Virus record (IMG/VR): IMGVR_UViG_3300032132_000009
Coordinates: 1-58,539 of that record
DNA length: 58,539 bases
Direction: 5' to 3' (one strand)
Origin: a virus
Lineage: Duplodnaviria > Caudoviricetes
The notes under the pieces were generated by a model that was not told the origin of the DNA, did no database searches, and saw only the letters and a program-made list of their open reading frames with translations. Made by a program: the position numbers and the translations under genes. Positions 55,482 to 58,539 of this stretch are shown piece after piece. Every line of letters begins with the position of its first letter. Position 1 is the stretch's first letter.

Positions 55482-55493
55482 ATAAACCTCACT

Positions 55494-55509
55494 ATGCAAG
55501 CGCTTGCAC
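55494..55509. repeat. Dispersed palindrome copy 24 (overlaps TAG stop)
   Basis: ATGCAAGCGCTTGCAC. Confidence 0.9.
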
Positions 55510-55721
55510 TACGAGTGTGCGTCGTCGTACTTCCATGCTGGAACTACTTCCTTTATTGGAGTGTATATTAGCTTATTCCCATCTCGATGCACTTCAAATA
55601 CTTGATCGTCCGGATATGCATCTGAAAACTTCTTTGGAATCACTACTAAGCATTTCCTATGGTATTTTCCATTCGATTTAGGCACACTACATTGAGTCAT
55701 TTTAATTTTTTTAGTAGTCAC
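55509..55721 (-). CDS. AbrB/MazE-like small DNA-binding protein
   Basis: LVVIPKKF...FEVHRDGNKLIYTPI resembles a swapped-hairpin pattern. Confidence 0.45.
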   Translation of the reverse strand: MTTKKIKMTQCSVPKSNGKYHRKCLVVIPKKFSDAYPDDQVFEVHRDGNKLIYTPIKEVVPAWKYDDAHS

Positions 55722-55939
55722 ATCGACGCCCTATGATGAAATTTTTCACGTTTTGAATTCAAAAAGCACAATCTACATTTCTTATGTGCGTGATTGTACA
55801 CACACGTTGCAATGTGCCGACACGTAGGACACTGTAACTTGAATAGTGCTTTATGTTGTTTACGGTCCCAACCCAGATTTAAGATAACTCGACCATGTAT
55901 ACTGTCGCCTACTTCATAACCGTGATAATTTTTAATCAT
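55718..55939 (-). CDS. Small zinc-binding protein
   Basis: CPTC...CRLC; coupled stop/start with its neighbours. Confidence 0.5.
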   Translation of the reverse strand: MIKNYHGYEVGDSIHGRVILNLGWDRKQHKALFKLQCPTCRHIATCVYNHAHKKCRLCFLNSKREKFHHRASM

Positions 55940-56532
55940 ACTTTGAAGACATCCATTCTACGAGTACGCTTAATCGCCTCTACGTCATCGTAATCCACTG
56001 TACGCACCACACTACTTACTTGTTCAAACCTCTTAGCTATGTTGGAGCAGTCCATTCGTATTAAATCAGAAATCACAAAATACTTAGGACGATAACGCAA
56101 ATAATATTCAAGCAACGGCACATGACTTTCTGCAGCTACGATGAAATCTAAAATAGCAGAAAACACAATAACATCCACTCGGCCAATTTCGGGTGGATTT
56201 TCTACCCTGCCGGTTTCAAAATATTTTGAGTTGTCGCCTTTAAACTTCTCAATAGCTCTATCAATGGCTACTTTGGAACCATCAATACCGATATAAATGC
56301 CTTGAGTTAGTTCAGCTAATGCTCCCTCCCCGCAGCCCACATCAAAACAACTTTGAGTGCCTACGAAATCCGCTATCGGTTGTAGGAATGTATCTTTGAA
56401 CTCCTTACTGTGTAAGTATGCGTAGTAATTGTCAGCATAGGTTTTATTAAGATGGTCGGGTGTAATATTTTTCCGCAATTTTATCAAGGAGGCCATTGGG
56501 TATCCTTTCATCGTATCGAAATCGACACACAC
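55936..56532 (-). CDS. Class I SAM-dependent methyltransferase
   Basis: FDVGCGEG, YIGIDGS..AI and DVIVFS. True start probably 56496 or later. Confidence 0.85.
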   Translation of the reverse strand: MCVDFDTMKGYPMASLIKLRKNITPDHLNKTYADNYYAYLHSKEFKDTFLQPIADFVGTQSCFDVGCGEGALAELTQGIYIGIDGSKVAIDRAIEKFKGDNSKYFETGRVENPPEIGRVDVIVFSAILDFIVAAESHVPLLEYYLRYRPKYFVISDLIRMDCSNIAKRFEQVSSVVRTVDYDDVEAIKRTRRMDVFKV

Positions 56533-57040
56533 GCGATTTACTCACATGATCATGGCGCGGCGTCTTCCAGTCTCCATACTCTCGTTTCAAATATACTTCA
56601 ATGTCTTTTGGGATATTCCAACGTGTTCCAAACCACTGAATTTCCATGTATTCTTCCAGTAACTTACGTGGATGCACCAGTGAATACTCAGTAAGATTCG
56701 AGCTACAAAAGCGAACATCTTTCCACAGCAAATACGCCGCCAAGTCCGCCTTGATCCCATATTTGAATGCTTTAATTATCCTAATAGCATTGAATGGTTT
56801 GTTAACTGTGTGAACTTCAAATCCTGCTTCAATCAACCGACACGCTATCAACCCACCGTATTGCACCATGTCCTCGCCAAGAAAACTGATGTCAACGTCG
56901 AGTTCAGTAGGTGTGAATCCCCCATCCCTATATGCACCCAGAGCGCTGCCTTGGCAAAGAAAGCACGGAAACGGTTTAAGCACTTCATGCAAATCTTTAA
57001 CCAACTTTGCACCGTCTTCAAAATTCATCGGTTTAGTCAC
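56447..57040 (-). CDS. LicD-family nucleotidyl/phosphotransferase
   Basis: FLCQGSALGAYRDGGF.P..LDVDI and P.DIEVYL..EYGDWKTP. Confidence 0.85.
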   Translation of the reverse strand: MTKPMNFEDGAKLVKDLHEVLKPFPCFLCQGSALGAYRDGGFTPTELDVDISFLGEDMVQYGGLIACRLIEAGFEVHTVNKPFNAIRIIKAFKYGIKADLAAYLLWKDVRFCSSNLTEYSLVHPRKLLEEYMEIQWFGTRWNIPKDIEVYLKREYGDWKTPRHDHVSKSRVCRFRYDERIPNGLLDKIAEKYYTRPS

Positions 57041-57458
57041 AGTGTAGCTCCCGGTAAATTTTTTGTTTTATCTCTGAAGTGGACACTGAAGTTGTGTAGC
57101 CTATCTTTTCAACATCACAAAGATTATCTTTGCACCATCGCTCTGCGTCTCGATGTCGAATAGCCGATCCCCACTCAGACCCGACAGCCAAAATTTCAGG
57201 CCGCACGAACTCCAGTGGACTCAGAAACTCAAACTTCGAATACACTACACATTGTTTAACGAATGGCAAATAGGAAAGCATTTCCAAACGCTCTGCTAAA
57301 TTCATCGTCGGGGCCGAACCTTTATCCTCCAGAACAACTTCATCCGTTGGAACGCCGACATATAAATCACCGAACGCCGCCGCCCGAGAAAGGAACCTAG
57401 CATGACCATAGTGAAGTAAATCCCAACATCCAGGAGCAAACACTTTTGACGTGTCCAT
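57033..57458 (-). CDS. TagD/RfaE-like cytidylyltransferase (glycerol-3-phosphate cytidylyltransferase-like)
   Basis: GCWDLLHYGH (HxGH), LYVGVPTD, ER...L, VGSEW and YTTSVSTSEIK. ATG at 57458; the ORF-track extension is only the palindrome. Confidence 0.88.
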   Translation of the reverse strand: MDTSKVFAPGCWDLLHYGHARFLSRAAAFGDLYVGVPTDEVVLEDKGSAPTMNLAERLEMLSYLPFVKQCVVYSKFEFLSPLEFVRPEILAVGSEWGSAIRHRDAERWCKDNLCDVEKIGYTTSVSTSEIKQKIYRELHCD

Positions 57459-57482
57459 CACATGTCCTTTTACTTCAAACCA

Positions 57483-57498
57483 GTGCAAGCGCTTGCAC
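57483..57498. repeat. Dispersed palindrome copy 25 (upstream of TagD-like gene)
   Basis: Perfect 16-mer. Confidence 0.92.
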
Positions 57499-57714
57499 AA
57501 AATTTTTCAGCAAACACTCACCAGCAGACCAACAACCCAAAAAATTCTCCAGAGAGGCAACAAATGACTCCTAACATGCCATATGGTTGTTGCCGAATTT
57601 TTTTGATAATAAAGGAAAGTGTGGGGGTAATGTGGGGAGCATGTGGGGGATGCTTAGGAGGAATGATGGGGTGTTATGGGGTGTTATCACTGTATTAGTT
57701 ATGGGGGATGGGTA

Positions 57715-57742
57715 ATTATAACATGTTATAACATATTGTAAA
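57715..57742 (-). promoter_or_regulatory. Possible promoter overlapping an AT-rich palindrome
   Basis: TTTACA-16 nt-TATAAT on the minus strand; TTATAACATGTTATAA palindrome at 57716-57731. Confidence 0.4.
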
Positions 57743-57826
57743 TATTAAAATAAGTGTGGGAATCATTTTTATGCTGTTATAAACAAATTGTGTAGATATA
57801 AAGTGTGGGGGGCATGTGGGGAGCAT

Positions 57827-57842
57827 GTGCAAGCGCTTGCAC
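57827..57842. repeat. Dispersed palindrome copy 26 (inside the G-rich repeat region)
   Basis: Perfect; extends to the 18-bp TGTGCAAGCGCTTGCACA. Confidence 0.92.
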
Positions 57843-57922
57843 ACCGGATATAAAATGTGGGGATCATGTTGGGGAGCATGTTGGGGGTCATGTGGGGTAC
57901 GCCTAACCGGGGCATAAACATG

Positions 57923-57999
57923 AAAAAAATAAAAATAAATACACCTACACAAAAATAAACACACACAAAAATAAATACACATAAAAATAAATACACATA
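57923..57999 (+). repeat. Tandem A-tract repeats (AAAAATAAAYACAC)
   Basis: About four imperfect copies of AAAAATAAA(C/T)ACAC; the + strand lacks G here. Confidence 0.8.
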
Positions 58000-58020
58000 C
58001 GTTGAGTGTTCGGGGTGGCG

Positions 58021-58231
58021 AGTGTTGCAAAATGCGGCATACCCGTGTATCAAAACGCTACGTTCGATTTTGCAACAGTGTGCAAAAATGCTACACGTTC
58101 AATTTTGCAACACGCAAAATGCCACAGTGCCGCACTTTGCAACACTGTGGCATCCCGCAACACTGTAGCATAATTGAACACGCGGCGGTGTGTTCGATTA
58201 TGCCACACTGCATCAATTCGATACAGTGTGG
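58021..58231. repeat. Interleaved direct/inverted short repeats (TTGCAACA and TGCCACA/TGTRGCA)
   Basis: GCAACA(C/G) about five times and TGC(C/T)ACA or its reverse about six times within about 210 bp of non-coding DNA. Confidence 0.7.
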
Positions 58232-58279
58232 CAATATTGAACAGCGGGAGCAATTGCTCCCGCTGTCATCAATTCGACA

Positions 58280-58539
58280 TCACGTCATGAGTTCCGCAAC
58301 AATCCGGGATTCCGTATCAGCAGTTTGAATCCGGAATCGTTCCGCCCGTTTGACAGCGGCGGTGATGTTATCGATATCGCCACCGTTCAAGTGTCGGTTG
58401 ATCACCGCTACACAATCGGTTTCACTGCGGGCAATGACGTTGACCAATTGACCGTACTCAGTACAGCCACAGTACCCGCCGTCAACACTGCATGATGTCA
58501 AGCGGGCGGTCAGTGTGTGTGATGCTTTGACGATGAACA
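58280..58539 (-). CDS. Hypothetical protein (5' end beyond the window)
   Basis: The frame of tracked ORF 58280..58501 stays open to the window edge; visibly more GC-rich than the adjacent repeat region. Confidence 0.5.
   Translation of the reverse strand, partial: FIVKASHTLTARLTSCSVDGGYCGCTEYGQLVNVIARSETDCVAVINRHLNGGDIDNITAAVKRAERFRIQTADTESRIVAELMT

Larger units (their letters stand above)
57619..57898 (+). repeat. Imperfect CATGT(T)GGGG repeats in clusters
   Basis: For example GTGTGGGGGTAATGTGGGGAGCATGTGGGGGATG and ATGTGGGGATCATGTTGGGGAGCATGTTGGGGGTCATGTGGGG, with a period of about 11-12 bp. Confidence 0.8.

Noticed and set aside
57459-57500. ORF-track N-terminal extensions such as MCKRLH, MHIGG, MHGYT, MHSEV and MQALAL
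   Set aside because: Artefacts of GTG/TTG/ATG triplets inside the palindrome; better starts with an RBS lie just downstream.
2667-57842. Palindrome as a CRISPR repeat, REP/MITE or intrinsic terminator
   Set aside because: Copies are kilobases apart with no spacer structure, no shared flanks or target duplications, no U-tract, and 12 lie in-frame within genes.
57716-58253. Minus-strand ORFs 57716..58030, 57769..58053 and 58050..58253
   Set aside because: Translations mirror the nucleotide repeats (CVFIF, PHDPQH) and overlap one another; most likely non-coding.
129-58328. Numerous plus-strand ORFs in the track
   Set aside because: They are antisense shadows of motif-bearing minus-strand genes or lie in low-complexity repeats; none has recognisable motifs.
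1-58539. Integrase, att sites, DNA polymerase, DGR or introns/inteins
   Set aside because: No recombinase, polymerase, reverse transcriptase or splicing motifs were seen; lifestyle cannot be determined from this window.

Overview
A 58.5-kb segment of a tailed dsDNA phage with siphovirus-like morphogenesis genes. All credible genes are on the minus strand. In transcription order (right to left): a repeat-rich non-coding control or terminus region (about 57.5-58.3 kb); TagD-like/LicD/methyltransferase genes and nucleic-acid metabolism genes (RNase HI, DEDDh exonuclease, dNMP kinase); a 7-deazaguanine DNA-modification cluster (ParB-like, DpdA-like, QueD-like, DUF6884-like, queC, queD, queE, folE); terS, terL, portal, prohead protease/scaffold and major capsid; a GT9 glycosyltransferase; fibre-like paralogues; membrane proteins with a lipase and a trypsin-thioredoxin fusion; neck and tail genes with a -1 frameshifted chaperone and tape measure; a glycan-synthesis/decoration island of about 14 kb (gmd, several GTs, a GT29 sialyltransferase-like gene, a NeuA-like cytidylyltransferase, sulfo/methyltransferases, oxygenases); and a replication module (initiator-like, DnaC-like, DnaB). 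The most unusual signal is a 16-bp palindrome, GTGCAAGCGCTTGCAC, found by eye 26 times about every 2 kb across the window. 14 copies sit at gene junctions and 12 are written into conserved proteins by substitution (xQALA or CKRL peptides). This points to a selected, genome-wide protein-binding-site system (parS/matS/operator-like) whose binder is unknown; the ParB-like gene is one candidate. A Planctomycetota host is inferred, not shown. Family calls rest on motif recognition, not database searches.
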